A stretch of 62,325 bases of DNA, filler included, from Chiloscyllium plagiosum (Eukaryota), in assembly GCF_004010195.1 (NCBI RefSeq). It is 3 parts of one record of this genome, joined end to end, with 100 filler letters (N's around TTAATTAATTAA, not from the genome) between each part and the next. Parts side by side here need not be neighbours in the genome. Positions count along the whole stretch, not along the records: positions 53,731 to 62,325 come from NC_057717.1; 2 more parts are not named here. The stretch is one strand, 5' to 3'. Below, piece after piece: positions 61,935 through 62,325 of the stretch (position 1 is its first letter; every line of letters starts with the position of its first letter). A program made the position numbers and the translations under genes. The notes under the pieces were generated by a model. The model saw only the letters and a program-made list of their open reading frames with translations, had not been told where the DNA came from and searched no databases.

Positions 61935-62325
61935 TACTTGAAGTTAGTATCAAATGGAATGGAGGACATTGAGAGGTGACATTCTGGAAGTTAATAAAAT
62001 CATGGGAGGCATGGATAGGGTGAATTGCCAAGGTCTTTTCCACACGATGGGGGAGACCAACCATATAGGATACAGCTTTAAGGTGAAAAGGGGAAGATTT
62101 AACAGGGACAAAACGGCAACACTTTCACGCAGAGGGTGTGTGTGTATGGAATAAGCTGCCAGGTGAACTGGTAGATGCAAGTACAGCGACAACATTTAAA
62201 AGAAATTTGGACAAACATATTAATGGGAAGCGTTTAGAGGCATGTGGAGCAAATGCAATCAGATGAGACTAGTTTAGTTTGGAAAACCTGGTCAGCATGG
62301 ACATTTTGGATGAAATGTTTGTGTG
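61935..62325 (+). mobile_element. CR1 3' end
   Basis: EWRTLRGDILEVNKIMGGMDRVN. Confidence 0.88.

Overview
Repeat-dominated eukaryotic DNA, almost certainly from an elasmobranch (shark/ray): it carries HE1-type SINEs, many CR1 LINEs, short Penelope-like (PLE) pieces and Gypsy LTR relics. There is no intact protein-coding gene; nearly all ORFs in the track are fragments of decayed retroelements. The one host-gene trace I recognise is a damaged first coding exon of a GPR139-like GPCR (minus strand, ~40842-41101) with no exon 2 in the sequenced part. Also present: both genes of a decayed Harbinger DNA transposon; Gmr1-type (integrase-before-RT) Gypsy elements, one of which has become strikingly CpG-rich; minimal hammerhead ribozyme motifs in two PLE families; a direct (~8-10 kb) and an inverted (~3 kb) old segmental duplication; and two near-perfect locally templated inverted insertions. 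The window has five assembly gaps, two containing an artificial TTAATTAATTAA spacer. All family calls come from motif recognition by eye, not database searches, and TE boundaries are approximate. I found no convincing undescribed biological system. The best leads are the CpG-converted retrotransposon, the ribozyme-bearing PLE modules and the templated insertions.
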